A DNA stretch of 64,000 nucleotides, from NCBI GenBank assembly GCA_964435635.1, contig CAYSZU010000001.1, positions 450 to 64,449 on the forward strand, written 5' to 3'. Below are positions 11,482-21,017 of this stretch, one piece after another. Below the pieces are notes generated by a model. The model made no database searches. It was given only the letters and a program-made list of their open reading frames with translations, and was not told where the DNA came from. The DNA comes from an uncultured Muribaculaceae bacterium. Its GTDB lineage: Bacteria > Bacillota_I > Bacilli_A > RF39 > UBA660. How positions within the stretch are numbered: position 1 is the stretch's first letter; every line of letters begins with the position of its first letter. The position numbers and the translations under genes are program-made.

Positions 11482-12345
11482 TTACTTGCTTTCCCCTTCG
11501 GTTTCTTTTTCCTCTTCGCTTGAAACTTCGATATTGCTATCTTCTGTGGTTTCTTCAACAACGACAGGTTCATTAATTTCCTCAACATTTTCTACTACTT
11601 CCGAAGTTTCTTCTTGAACTTCCACTTCAATAGTTTCAATTGGTTCTAATACTGTTTCTTCAATTACTTCATCTATTACCGACTCAGTTTGATAATTAAT
11701 TAAGTCTTTTGCTGTAGTTGGTTTAATATTTTTGATTGCCGATTTAATTAATACTAATCCTTTTTTCGGTCCAGGAACGTTACCGCTTATCATCAAATAA
11801 TTTTCAGCAACATTCACTTCGATAATTTCTAGGTTCTGAATAGTTTTTGTCTCATTACCCATATGTCCAGGCAACTTCTTACCTTTTAAAACGTGCATTG
11901 GCAACATTGTTCCCATTGAACCAGGGCGACGATGAAAACGAGATCCGTGAGTCATTGGGCCACGAGATTGATTGTGGCGCTTAATAACACCTTGCATTCC
12001 TTTTCCTTTACTTGTCCCAGTAACATCAACATACTCTCCTGGGGTAAAAACATCTGCGCCAATTTGATCTCCTAAGTTATAAGTAGCATCAACATCTCTT
12101 ATCTCTTTTAAGAAGCGCTTAGGAGTGGTCCCAGCTTTTTTAGCGTGACCAATACTAGCTTTGCTAGCGTTTTTTTCTTTTTTGTCAAATACGCCTAATT
12201 GAATTGCGCTGTAACCATCATTTTCTTTTGTTTTAACTTGAGTAACAACATTTGGCTCAACTATAACGATTGTGACAGGAATAACTTTTCCTTCTTTTGT
12301 AAAAGTTTCAGTCATTCCGACTTTACGTCCTAAGATTCCTTTCAT
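11482..12345 (-). CDS. rplC: 50S ribosomal protein L3 with an ~80-aa acidic C-terminal extension
   Basis: The ATG at 12345 ([15 protein letters not shown]...) is preceded by GGAGGA. The canonical L3 core of ~210 aa is followed by a D/E/V/T-rich tail. Confidence 0.88.
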   Translation of the reverse strand: MKGILGRKVGMTETFTKEGKVIPVTIVIVEPNVVTQVKTKENDGYSAIQLGVFDKKEKNASKASIGHAKKAGTTPKRFLKEIRDVDATYNLGDQIGADVFTPGEYVDVTGTSKGKGMQGVIKRHNQSRGPMTHGSRFHRRPGSMGTMLPMHVLKGKKLPGHMGNETKTIQNLEIIEVNVAENYLMISGNVPGPKKGLVLIKSAIKNIKPTTAKDLINYQTESVIDEVIEETVLEPIETIEVEVQEETSEVVENVEEINEPVVVEETTEDSNIEVSSEEEKETEGESK

Positions 12346-12369
12346 AATATCCTCCATTTAATTATTGTT

Positions 12370-12675
12370 TTATTTTATATTGATATCAACGCCACTTGGT
12401 AAATCCAAATGCGTCAAAGCTTCAATAGTCTCTTTGCTAGGGTCTTTGATTTCGATTAATCTTTTATGCGTACGCATTTCAAATTGTTCTCGTGAATCTT
12501 TGTACTTATGTACAGCCCTAATAACGGTAACCTTACCAATTTCTGTTGGTAGAGGTACTGGACCAGAAACTATTCCTCCAGTTCTCTTAACAGTTTCAAC
12601 TATTTTCCCAGCAGCTTGATCCAATACTCGATGGTCATAAGCCTTTAGGTTAATACGAACTTTGTTATTTGACAT
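12370..12675 (-). CDS. rpsJ: 30S ribosomal protein S10
   Basis: 101 aa; first gene of the S10 operon. Confidence 0.93.
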   Translation of the reverse strand: MSNNKVRINLKAYDHRVLDQAAGKIVETVKRTGGIVSGPVPLPTEIGKVTVIRAVHKYKDSREQFEMRTHKRLIEIKDPSKETIEALTHLDLPSGVDINIK

Positions 12676-12807
12676 ATTGACATGTCCTCCTTTCGCCTAT
12701 ATCTAGTATAGACTTGCTCCGTCCAAATTACCTGATTGGTTATCACTGTGAGCAACAACTCCTAGTGTATCAGCAACCTTGCACATCATCGCAGTCATAC
12801 AACGCTC

Positions 12808-12836
12808 ATTATAGCAAGTTATTTTTATAAAATCAA
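12808..12836 (-). promoter_or_regulatory. sigma-A-type promoter of the S10 operon
   Basis: Minus strand reads TTGATT-17 nt-TATAAT (the -35 is the rc of 12831-12836, the -10 the rc of 12808-12813). It is followed by a ~125-nt leader before rpsJ. Confidence 0.55.
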
Positions 12837-12840
12837 CCAT

Positions 12841-12887
12841 AATTTAAAGGAAATTAAAAGAATTGTTATCAGTATCAACAATTCTTT
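12841..12887 (-). terminator. rho-independent terminator after gpmI
   Basis: Perfect 11-bp inverted repeat AAAGAATTGTT...AACAATTCTTT at 12857-12887, followed on the minus strand by a T-rich tract. Confidence 0.6.
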
Positions 12888-12905
12888 AAAAATAGGCTTT
12901 ATTTA

Positions 12906-14417
12906 TTATTCGTCTTCAACAAATAACAGTTCTGTTTCTCTCATCTCTTTAGGGATAGAAATATTCATATATTTTAAAATGGTTGGTGCGACCATTGTTA
13001 AATCACCGTTGGCTAATTCCAGTTTATTATCGGTAATAATAAAAGGAACAGGATTTGTAGTATGGGTTGTTATTGGCTTATTGTTTTCATCAATCATGTG
13101 CTCAGCGTTACCATGATCGCCTAGTATAACTAAAGTATAAAAATTGGTGGCTGCTTCTTCAACTAGCTTTCCTAGACAAATATCAACTGCTTGACAAGCT
13201 TTAATGGCCGCTTCCATATTACCAGTATGGCCAACCATATCGAGATTCGCATAATTAACTAAGATAAAATCAAAGTCACTTTCCATACATTTAATTGCCG
13301 TTTTAGTTACAGCAACAGCAGCCATTTCCGGTTTTAAATCAAATGTCGCTACTTCCGGAGAAGGAATATGAAAAGAAGAGCAACCTTGAAGGCGAATTTT
13401 CTGGCCACCATCAAAGAAATATGTAACGTGAGGGTATTTTTCGCTTTCCGCAATTCTTGCTTGTGTTAATCCTAATTGAGAAAGATAAATACCTAAACTA
13501 TTATTAACTTCTACATCTTCAAGAATATTTCTACAATTAAGTTTAGTATCTATTGGACACAATGAATATACTTTTAGATTTGGCAGTTGATAGTGATTAA
13601 ATTCATTAAAGTTTTCATCAGTCAAAGCCTGAATAATTTGCTTGGCGCGATCGCTGCGATAATTCATCCATAATAAACAATCACCATCTTTTATCACTTT
13701 ATCTGAGGCTAACGATATAGGTAAAAGAAATTCGTCGCTAATCTCTTGTGCGTACATTTTCCTGATTGTATCATTAATATTTAATGAAGTCGTGCCCATG
13801 TTCCTTGTAACTAGATCATAATACTTTTTAGTTCGATCCCAGTTTTTATCGCGATCCATGGCATAATAACGGCCACAAACCGAAACTATTTCGCCAACTC
13901 CTAAACCTTTTGTCACAAGAGTTAATTCTTTTATATATTCCATCGCAGCATTTGTTTTGGTATCGCGACCATCGGTAATAACATGAATATAAACTTTTGT
14001 CATTTGATCAAATACTAATTGTTGGAGCATAGCATATACAAAGTTGATATGCGAATGAACTCCGCCATCAGACATTAAGGCCATAATATGAATCGGCTTA
14101 TCATAGCTTTTGGCATAGTTAATCATAGCATTATAATCTTGATTATCTTTAAACTGGTGTTTATTAAAAGCTTCAGCTACTTGAAAGTAACCTTTTTTTA
14201 TTAAACGTCCCGCCCCAATAGTAAGATGGCCAATATCACTATTACCCATTTGACCTTTAGCTAAACCAATCGCTTTTTCTGAAGCTTTTAATAGACAATG
14301 GGGATATTCATCCCATAGTTTAATAAAATTATTCATTTTAGCGAGTTTTATTGCGTTGCCTTTTTCTTCTTCTCTGATTCCAAAGCCGTCTAAAATAATC
14401 ATCATTATTTTCTTCAT
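12906..14417 (-). CDS. gpmI: 2,3-bisphosphoglycerate-independent phosphoglycerate mutase
   Basis: 503 aa; the N-terminus MKKIMMIILDGFG with the metal-binding Asp and overall iPGM architecture. Confidence 0.9.
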   Translation of the reverse strand: MKKIMMIILDGFGIREEEKGNAIKLAKMNNFIKLWDEYPHCLLKASEKAIGLAKGQMGNSDIGHLTIGAGRLIKKGYFQVAEAFNKHQFKDNQDYNAMINYAKSYDKPIHIMALMSDGGVHSHINFVYAMLQQLVFDQMTKVYIHVITDGRDTKTNAAMEYIKELTLVTKGLGVGEIVSVCGRYYAMDRDKNWDRTKKYYDLVTRNMGTTSLNINDTIRKMYAQEISDEFLLPISLASDKVIKDGDCLLWMNYRSDRAKQIIQALTDENFNEFNHYQLPNLKVYSLCPIDTKLNCRNILEDVEVNNSLGIYLSQLGLTQARIAESEKYPHVTYFFDGGQKIRLQGCSSFHIPSPEVATFDLKPEMAAVAVTKTAIKCMESDFDFILVNYANLDMVGHTGNMEAAIKACQAVDICLGKLVEEAATNFYTLVILGDHGNAEHMIDENNKPITTHTTNPVPFIITDNKLELANGDLTMVAPTILKYMNISIPKEMRETELLFVEDE

Positions 14418-14473
14418 AGTTTCACCTTACCTAAATGTTACCACAACTAGTACTTAAATACAAAAACTATCTT

Positions 14474-15223
14474 TTAACTTTCTAGTTTTATTTTATCAAC
14501 AATCGTTGCCAAAAACTCAGAATTAGTTGGTTTTCCTTTTTCCATACTGATGCTGTGACCAAAAATTTCCTCCATTAAATCGTAGTTACCACGACTCCAA
14601 CTAACTTCTATCGCATGCCGAATAGCTCGTTCAACATTAGAAGAAGTAGTATTGTTCTTCGCTGCTATTTGGGGATAAAGATGTTTAGTAACGCTATCAA
14701 AAAGCCTTGGGTTTTCACATATTAAGCAAATGCTTTCTCTTAAATAACGATATCCTTTTATACTAGAGGGAACTCCTAAAGAGTGTAATAACTTGTTTAT
14801 AATTAATATTTCTTTTTGGGGCGAAGGTGGCCAATTAGGGATATGATCTTGAGCCAACTCAATTATTTTTCTTTCAAAGTCAGCAAAATCAAACGGCTTT
14901 AGAAGAAAATAACTTATTTTATATTCACTTAATTTTTTAAAAATATCAGCTTGATTAAAGCTGGTAATTATCATTACTTTTTTATTTATTTTTTGAGCCT
15001 TCATCGTTTCTAAGATAGCGATACCATCCTTTTTAGAGATTATAATATCCATTATAATAACATCATAGTTTAGTTGGTTACTTAGTATTAAGTTAAGTCC
15101 TTCCTCACCATTATACCCCTCGCCAGTTATTTGAATTAATTTATTAATATTAAAATATTCTTTGATCGTCTTAATTAATTTAATACTATCATCAATTATT
15201 AAAACTCTGACAGGCTTTTCCAT
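14474..15223 (-). CDS. spo0A: Spo0A-family response regulator (receiver + Spo0A C-terminal DNA-binding domain)
   Basis: The N-terminal receiver has LIIDDS...VIIMDIIISKKDG. The C-terminus, SVTKHLYPQIAAKNNTTSSNVERAIRHAIEVSWSRGN...KGKPTNSEFLATIVDKIKLE, is near-identical to the Spo0A 0A-box recognition helix region. Confidence 0.88.
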   Translation of the reverse strand: MEKPVRVLIIDDSIKLIKTIKEYFNINKLIQITGEGYNGEEGLNLILSNQLNYDVIIMDIIISKKDGIAILETMKAQKINKKVMIITSFNQADIFKKLSEYKISYFLLKPFDFADFERKIIELAQDHIPNWPPSPQKEILIINKLLHSLGVPSSIKGYRYLRESICLICENPRLFDSVTKHLYPQIAAKNNTTSSNVERAIRHAIEVSWSRGNYDLMEEIFGHSISMEKGKPTNSEFLATIVDKIKLES

Positions 15224-15281
15224 AGATAGCTCCTCGGTTAATTTAAAATTTGTTAGATTTTTTAAAGCAAAAAAAGACTGA

Positions 15282-16007
15282 TTATTTATTTAAAATATCA
15301 ATCATCTTTTGGACTTTGTTTACGTCGAGAGAAGCGGTCCCAATTAAGAAACCTTCTATTCCCTTTATTTTTAGTAATTCATCTATGTTTTCTTCATTTA
15401 TACTGCCGCCATATAATATAGGCAGATTTAATTTATAATAATTTAAAATTATAGTTTTAATAAAAGCAACTATTTCATCTATTTTACATACCTCTGGATT
15501 GTCATATGAATCAATTGCCCAGATTGGTTCATAAGCAATAATAACGTTCTTAATTTCTTCTCGCTTAAAGTCATTTAAAACGGTAGCAAGTTGTTTTTCT
15601 AACGCCATATAAATACCGTTTTTATTCTTTTGTTCAAGGGTCTCACCAACTATTAAAATAGGACGAATTCCAGATTTAAGAAGGTTGGCAACCTTTTCAG
15701 AAATGATTTTGCTATCTTCATTAAAAAATTCTCTTCTTTCACTATGGCCAACTAAAGCATATTTAACATCTAAGCTAGCTAACTGTTTAGCGCTTATTTC
15801 TCCAGTATATGATCCTTCCGGATATCTTGATAAGTCCTGGGCCCCTAAAAAAGAACGACAATCGCGGTAACAAGATAAGAAAGGACTTGATGGGCAAACA
15901 ATTAACTTAACTTTTGTTGGTAAGATTTTTTTTAATTGATGAGCATAATGTTGATGCTCTTCTAAACAAAAATTTTGTTTTAAATTAATAACAATATATC
16001 TATCCAT
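15282..16007 (-). CDS. tpiA: triosephosphate isomerase
   Basis: TIM signature AYEPIWAIDS and the GGS motif. The start is probably the Met at 16007, which overlaps the pgk stop. Confidence 0.88.
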   Translation of the reverse strand: MDRYIVINLKQNFCLEEHQHYAHQLKKILPTKVKLIVCPSSPFLSCYRDCRSFLGAQDLSRYPEGSYTGEISAKQLASLDVKYALVGHSERREFFNEDSKIISEKVANLLKSGIRPILIVGETLEQKNKNGIYMALEKQLATVLNDFKREEIKNVIIAYEPIWAIDSYDNPEVCKIDEIVAFIKTIILNYYKLNLPILYGGSINEENIDELLKIKGIEGFLIGTASLDVNKVQKMIDILNK

Positions 16008-17196
16008 TTTCGACCTCACTAATTGCATCTAAAGCAGGCAAATTGCCATCAACTATATAATCTAGTGTGGCTCCTCCCCCAGTTGATAAAAAGTCAAACT
16101 TTTTTGCTAAGCCAAATTGATGAGCCGCACTAACTGAGTCGCCACCACCAACAACTGAAGCTGCTTTGCTTTTTACTATAACGTTAAATAATTCTTTTGT
16201 GCCATTGGCAAATTTTGGTTCTTCATAAATCCCGGGAGTTCCATTAATAAATACCGTGGCAGATTTTTCAATAGCAGTTTGATATTTATTGATTGTTTTA
16301 AGACCAATGTCACAAATAATATCATCATCCATTAGTTGGTCGATATTTTGATAAGCAATATAGTTACTATCATATATTCGCCCAACAATAGCATCAAGTG
16401 GAAGCATAATTTTATCTTTATGATCAAGTAATAGTTTTCTTAACTTAGCTAAAGTTTCTTGGTCTTTTGTGGCAAGTGATTCACCAATGTTAAAGCCAAG
16501 AACTTTTAAACAACTATTAGCAATCCCTCCAGTTAACAATAAATGATCACAGTTTTCAACTAGTTTTTCAATCAATATAATTTTATCATCAACTTTTGCT
16601 CCGCCGATCATCATTGTAAATGGTCGTTTAGGATTAATGACCAATTTCTCTAAAGCTGCTAACTCAGCTTGCACTAGAAACCCAATACAATTTGGCAATT
16701 TTTTGGCAACACCATATGTTGATGCGTGGCGCCGATGCGCAGAGCCAAAAGCATCCATTACAAATATGTCGGCTAATCCCGCCCAATAATCTGCCAACTG
16801 CGGATCGTTTTTACTCTCTAAATTATGAGGAAAATCTTCAAAACGAGTGTTCTCTAAAAGGATAATTTCCCCAGGTAACATTTCTTTTATTTTTTGATAC
16901 AGCGCTATGTTTCTTGGTTGCTTAGCAAAAATTATTTTAGTGTTAATTTTTTGCCTTAAATATTCAGCTATTGGAGCTAACGAATATTTTTCTTTATCAG
17001 ACTCGCTATTTATCTTGCCTAAATGAGATAAAATTATTATCTTGCATGATTGGCTAATTAGATACTCAATTGTTTTAAAAGAAGAAATAATCTTATTATC
17101 GTCTAAGATTTTATCGTTTTTAATTGGAACATTATAATCACATCTGACTAGAACGGTTTTACCTTTTATATCGATGTCTTGAACTTTTTTATACAT
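16000..17196 (-). CDS. pgk: phosphoglycerate kinase
   Basis: The ATG at 17196 (MYKKVQDIDIKGK...) follows AGGTGG; the track start is an upstream GTG. PGK motifs are present. Confidence 0.9.
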   Translation of the reverse strand: MYKKVQDIDIKGKTVLVRCDYNVPIKNDKILDDNKIISSFKTIEYLISQSCKIIILSHLGKINSESDKEKYSLAPIAEYLRQKINTKIIFAKQPRNIALYQKIKEMLPGEIILLENTRFEDFPHNLESKNDPQLADYWAGLADIFVMDAFGSAHRRHASTYGVAKKLPNCIGFLVQAELAALEKLVINPKRPFTMMIGGAKVDDKIILIEKLVENCDHLLLTGGIANSCLKVLGFNIGESLATKDQETLAKLRKLLLDHKDKIMLPLDAIVGRIYDSNYIAYQNIDQLMDDDIICDIGLKTINKYQTAIEKSATVFINGTPGIYEEPKFANGTKELFNVIVKSKAASVVGGGDSVSAAHQFGLAKKFDFLSTGGGATLDYIVDGNLPALDAISEVENG

Positions 17197-17240
17197 AAAA
17201 ACCACCTATTCTTAATCCCATTATAAACCAAGCGACGACT

Positions 17241-17275
17241 TTAAACAAATAAAAATAGTGTCGCATGACACTATT
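17241..17275 (-). terminator. intercistronic hairpin / partial terminator between gap and pgk
   Basis: Perfect palindrome AATAGTGTC-GCAT-GACACTATT at 17254-17275, followed on the minus strand by TTTTTATTTGTTT. Confidence 0.55.
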
Positions 17276-18281
17276 TGATATTCATTAATACCTTCATTGT
17301 TCTAATCATTTGGGCCGTATAGCCTAATTCATTATCATACCAGGCGACGACTTTTATTAATTGCTTGTCATTGTTTTCAAGAATTGTTGTCAGTTGGAGA
17401 TCAACTAAAGCACCATACCTTTTACCTATTATATCACTTGAGACAATCGGATCGCTCGTTGCTTTTAGGACATCGGTTTGATTGTTTATGAATAAGTTGT
17501 TTATTTCTTCAACCGTCGTATTTCTTTTTGGTTCAATAGTTAAATCTATAACTGAACCATCACTAACTGGGACTCTAAAAGCGGTACCATCAAACCTCCC
17601 TAGCAATTCAGGAATTACTAGACCAATTGCACTTGCAGCACCGGTTGAAGAAGGAACAATGTTCATTGCTGCGGCTCGTCCCCGACGTGAATTAATTCCT
17701 TTTTTGTGAGCAATATCAAGTGTTTCTTGATCGTTAGTATAAGCATGAACAGTTGTCATAAAGCCTTTTTCGATCCCAATATTATCATTTAAAAGTTTAA
17801 CAACTGGTGCCAAACAATTTGTTGTACAACTCGCAGCGGAAATGATCTGCTCACTGCCATCTAAAATTTGTTCATTAACGCCATAGACTATGGTCTTCAT
17901 ATTTCCTTTTCCTGGCGCAGAGATTATTACCTTTTTTGCTCCGGCCGCAATATGCTTAAGTGCCCCTTCTTCATCAGTAAACACTCCGGTACACTCAAGA
18001 ACAATATCAACCGCTAGGTCTTGCCATGGTAAATTACGCGGATCTTTTTCAGCATATACTTTGATTTTCTTTTGGTTATTAATTACTAGGTAATCGTCTT
18101 GAAAACTAATTTTATCTTCATGAAAACTACGATGATTTGTATCATATTTTAATAAATAAGCAATACTTTCAGCATCGGTTAAATCATTGATAGCAACAAT
18201 ATCAAAATCCGTTGTTGTTATCATTTCCCGAAAAGCTAAGCGGCCGATGCGGCCAAATCCGTTTATAGCAACTTTTATCAT
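17271..18281 (-). CDS. gap: glyceraldehyde-3-phosphate dehydrogenase
   Basis: NGFGRIGR Rossmann motif and ASCTTNCLAP active-site Cys. Confidence 0.94.
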   Translation of the reverse strand: MIKVAINGFGRIGRLAFREMITTTDFDIVAINDLTDAESIAYLLKYDTNHRSFHEDKISFQDDYLVINNQKKIKVYAEKDPRNLPWQDLAVDIVLECTGVFTDEEGALKHIAAGAKKVIISAPGKGNMKTIVYGVNEQILDGSEQIISAASCTTNCLAPVVKLLNDNIGIEKGFMTTVHAYTNDQETLDIAHKKGINSRRGRAAAMNIVPSSTGAASAIGLVIPELLGRFDGTAFRVPVSDGSVIDLTIEPKRNTTVEEINNLFINNQTDVLKATSDPIVSSDIIGKRYGALVDLQLTTILENNDKQLIKVVAWYDNELGYTAQMIRTMKVLMNIK

Positions 18282-18290
18282 TTTTCTCTC

Positions 18291-19955
18291 CTATTCAAAC
18301 ATACTTCCGCCAATAAATTCTCTTAAAATCGAATCACTGCTTACATATTCCGAAGGAATTGGGAAGAAGTTTTTCAAAAAATTTATTAGCCTCTGAGCTT
18401 CACTATAGTATGGCGAAGCTATTGGGACGGAATATAATAAAGGTTCAGCATATACTTTTAGAACTCCTAGTTCAAAGACCAAAGAAGTGTTAATAACTTT
18501 ATCTGCTTGGTTCATGTAAGGAAAAATATATTGGCCTTCGCCTTTTCTAACGTTTTGCCAGTAAGCTATGGTGTCTGTAACGTTTGCTCCTCTTTGGCGA
18601 TTATCTCTAATCATTCGTCTTAACATTCTTAAATCAGTAGTCGATATATAATTGTGATGATCAATATTAAGGGGCATAAACGGACTAACATACAATTTAT
18701 ATTTTAGGCTAGCATCAATTTTCGGTGTTAGTTTATCGTTTACACAATGTAACCCCTCTAAAATAATTATCCCATTCTCGCTTAGTTTAATCGGTTTTCT
18801 CGTAAAAATTCTTGAACCACTAATAAAATCATATGTCGGAATCTGCACTTCTTGACCATCTTTTAAAGCTGTTAGCTGTTCATTTAACAACTCAACATCC
18901 ATTGCCTCCAAGCATTCATAGTTATACTTTCCTTCAGCGTCTTTTGGGGTATCCGAACGATTAACAAAATAATCATCAGTAGAAATAGTTAAAGGATCAT
19001 AACCATACGCTTTAAGGATTAATGATATTTTTTTGGCAGAAGTTGTCTTTCCTGAAGAAGAAGGCCCGGCAATCATAATATATTTGGCGTTTTTTGCCTT
19101 TACTTCATCAACAACATCAAGTAATGTTTTTTCGTATTTTATCTCATTTACCCGCATTAAATCTAATATTTTTGAATCTGAAACTAGTTTGTTTACGGCG
19201 GCAATATAAGGAATTTTTAATTGGTTTAACCAAATATTATTTTCTTCAAAGCATTTAATTACTTTTTCATATAATTGGCAATCGTTTTCTGCTAGTTCTT
19301 GAGAAAGCATTAAACCAACTTTGTTCTCCTGCAAATAGATTAAGTCAAAATTCTTTATACAACCAATACTATAAGGCATCTCAGTATAAAAATAATTTAA
19401 ATAGCTATTCATTTTATACATTGTTACTATTTCATTTGTGACATTATGAACATTAATCGATTTTTCTTGATCGTTTATTTGTTGGTAATAATTATATGCG
19501 TCCTTTTTGGAAATGTTAAGCTTGGCAATCTTAGTATCTTGATTAACCAAATCTACCATTTTAGTTTTTAATTCAGCAATCATTTTTTCAACAAAGGGAA
19601 CTTCGCTTATTATGGTAACATGAATCCCATTACCAATCGAATGATTAAAAATAATCTCGCAATCACTTTGATAATTGTTTTTATATAAATCTTTAATTGC
19701 TACTTCAAAAACAAATTTTAATCCCGACTTATATATTTTTGCACCATCAAGATCATCTTTACCAAAAAACTCTAAAACGGAATCTTTACTAATTCTACTA
19801 GTTAATGAAGTTATTTCGTAATTTACTTTAACACCAACAATTTCAAAAGGAAAATCATTTTGAAATTGTTTACTAATATCATAAAAAGTAACGTTTTTAT
19901 CTACTAAGATAGTTTTATCACCACATGTGACTTTAAATTGTTCACTCATATTCAT
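18291..19955 (-). CDS. uridine-kinase/phosphoribulokinase-family P-loop kinase fused to an N-terminal TGS-like domain (554 aa)
   Basis: The C-terminal half carries Walker A AGPSSSGKTT and the IIILEGLH...RDNRQRG udk-family motifs. The N-terminus FKVTCGDKTILVDKNVTFYDISK...VGVKVNY resembles a TGS beta-grasp. The stop TAG is embedded in the gap RBS (TAGGAGAG), so the two genes are translationally coupled. Confidence 0.7.
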   Translation of the reverse strand: MNMSEQFKVTCGDKTILVDKNVTFYDISKQFQNDFPFEIVGVKVNYEITSLTSRISKDSVLEFFGKDDLDGAKIYKSGLKFVFEVAIKDLYKNNYQSDCEIIFNHSIGNGIHVTIISEVPFVEKMIAELKTKMVDLVNQDTKIAKLNISKKDAYNYYQQINDQEKSINVHNVTNEIVTMYKMNSYLNYFYTEMPYSIGCIKNFDLIYLQENKVGLMLSQELAENDCQLYEKVIKCFEENNIWLNQLKIPYIAAVNKLVSDSKILDLMRVNEIKYEKTLLDVVDEVKAKNAKYIMIAGPSSSGKTTSAKKISLILKAYGYDPLTISTDDYFVNRSDTPKDAEGKYNYECLEAMDVELLNEQLTALKDGQEVQIPTYDFISGSRIFTRKPIKLSENGIIILEGLHCVNDKLTPKIDASLKYKLYVSPFMPLNIDHHNYISTTDLRMLRRMIRDNRQRGANVTDTIAYWQNVRKGEGQYIFPYMNQADKVINTSLVFELGVLKVYAEPLLYSVPIASPYYSEAQRLINFLKNFFPIPSEYVSSDSILREFIGGSMFE

Positions 19956-19975
19956 ACCCCTTTAGTATTAATAAT

Positions 19976-20004
19976 ATAATATCAAATATTATCTCCTTTG
20001 TCAC
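19976..20004 (-). promoter_or_regulatory. candidate promoter of the kinase-gap transcription unit
   Basis: Minus strand reads GTGACA-17 nt-TATTAT upstream of the kinase start. Confidence 0.35.
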
Positions 20005-20013
20005 AAAAAGTAA

Positions 20014-20955
20014 TTACAATTTATCCGCTTGATGTCTTTTTTTATGATTATCAACAATCTTTTTAATTTTAATAAAATAGTGATTGATTGCTGATTTGCC
20101 AATATTTTTGTTAGTTTCCATATTAACTATTTGGGCTAATTCCTCAAAAGATGTTTCTGGATATTTTTCGCGATATGCTATCACTACTTTGATTTTAGGG
20201 TCTAATAAATCTAGAAGATCATTTTCTTTTAGATAGGCAATTTCTTTTAGTTGCCTTAAACCAGTCTTAATAATCTTTTCTTGATTTGCAATTTCACAAT
20301 TATTTAGGCGATTAACTGTATTTTTATGATCGCGATAAATACGAATGTCTTCAAAATAAAACATGGCGTTTGTTGCACCTAACAGTTTTAAAAAGTCACT
20401 AATCATGTCGGCGCTTTTTACATAAGTCATATAATTGCTAGTTCTTTTTAATATTCTTGCTGTGATATTAAAACTCTTCAATAAATTCAGAATATAACTA
20501 GCCTCTTTTTTATACTTAGTTGTAAATTCCAAATGATAGCCACTTATTTTCGGATCACTAATACTTCCGCAGGCTAGAAATATCCCTTTTAAATAGGCAA
20601 TTTGTTCTTCGTTACTTGCCAGAAAATATTTTTCAGGCAAAACTTTTGGATCGCTAATATCTATATTTAATTTTTCTAACATCTGGGGTATATTCTCGTT
20701 GATTTCTAATATGTATATCTGCTTAATTCTTAACCTTCTTTGATTTCGAACGATTATTTTAATATTGGTACCAAATAGTTCTTTAATGTTTTTATATACT
20801 CTTTTAGCTACAGTAGCATTTTCAACTGTGATAGTTATTTTATGTTTAGTTATCTGACTATTAAAATGAATATACGCCGATAACTCGCATAGTAATTCAA
20901 TGGCATTGTTTTCGTTATGGGTTATCTCGTCTTTGACAATTGTCGTAAAAGTCAT
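20014..20955 (-). CDS. whiA: sporulation/cell-division transcription factor WhiA
   Basis: LKGIFLACGSISDPK LAGLIDADG-like motif with a C-terminal HTH. The start is probably MTFTTIVKDEIT at 20955. Confidence 0.8.
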   Translation of the reverse strand: MTFTTIVKDEITHNENNAIELLCELSAYIHFNSQITKHKITITVENATVAKRVYKNIKELFGTNIKIIVRNQRRLRIKQIYILEINENIPQMLEKLNIDISDPKVLPEKYFLASNEEQIAYLKGIFLACGSISDPKISGYHLEFTTKYKKEASYILNLLKSFNITARILKRTSNYMTYVKSADMISDFLKLLGATNAMFYFEDIRIYRDHKNTVNRLNNCEIANQEKIIKTGLRQLKEIAYLKENDLLDLLDPKIKVVIAYREKYPETSFEELAQIVNMETNKNIGKSAINHYFIKIKKIVDNHKKRHQADKL

Positions 20956-20987
20956 ATTATCACCACTTAACATTTTACCATTATTAA

Positions 20988-21017
20988 GCAAATAAAAAAA
21001 GAGCTAAGCTCTTTTAT
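20988..21017 (-). terminator. terminator after the ftsE-ftsX-M23 operon
   Basis: AAAGAGC-TAA-GCTCTTT hairpin with an A-run / T-run on both sides; the loop contains the M23 gene's stop codon. Confidence 0.55.

Noticed and set aside
18291-19955. Considered calling the 554-aa P-loop protein RapZ (YvcJ), because whiA is next door and yvcJ-yvcK-whiA is the usual context.
   Set aside because: RapZ is ~290 aa with two Walker motifs and no uridine-kinase signature. This protein carries clear udk/PRK motifs and a TGS-like N-terminus, and yvcK is absent.
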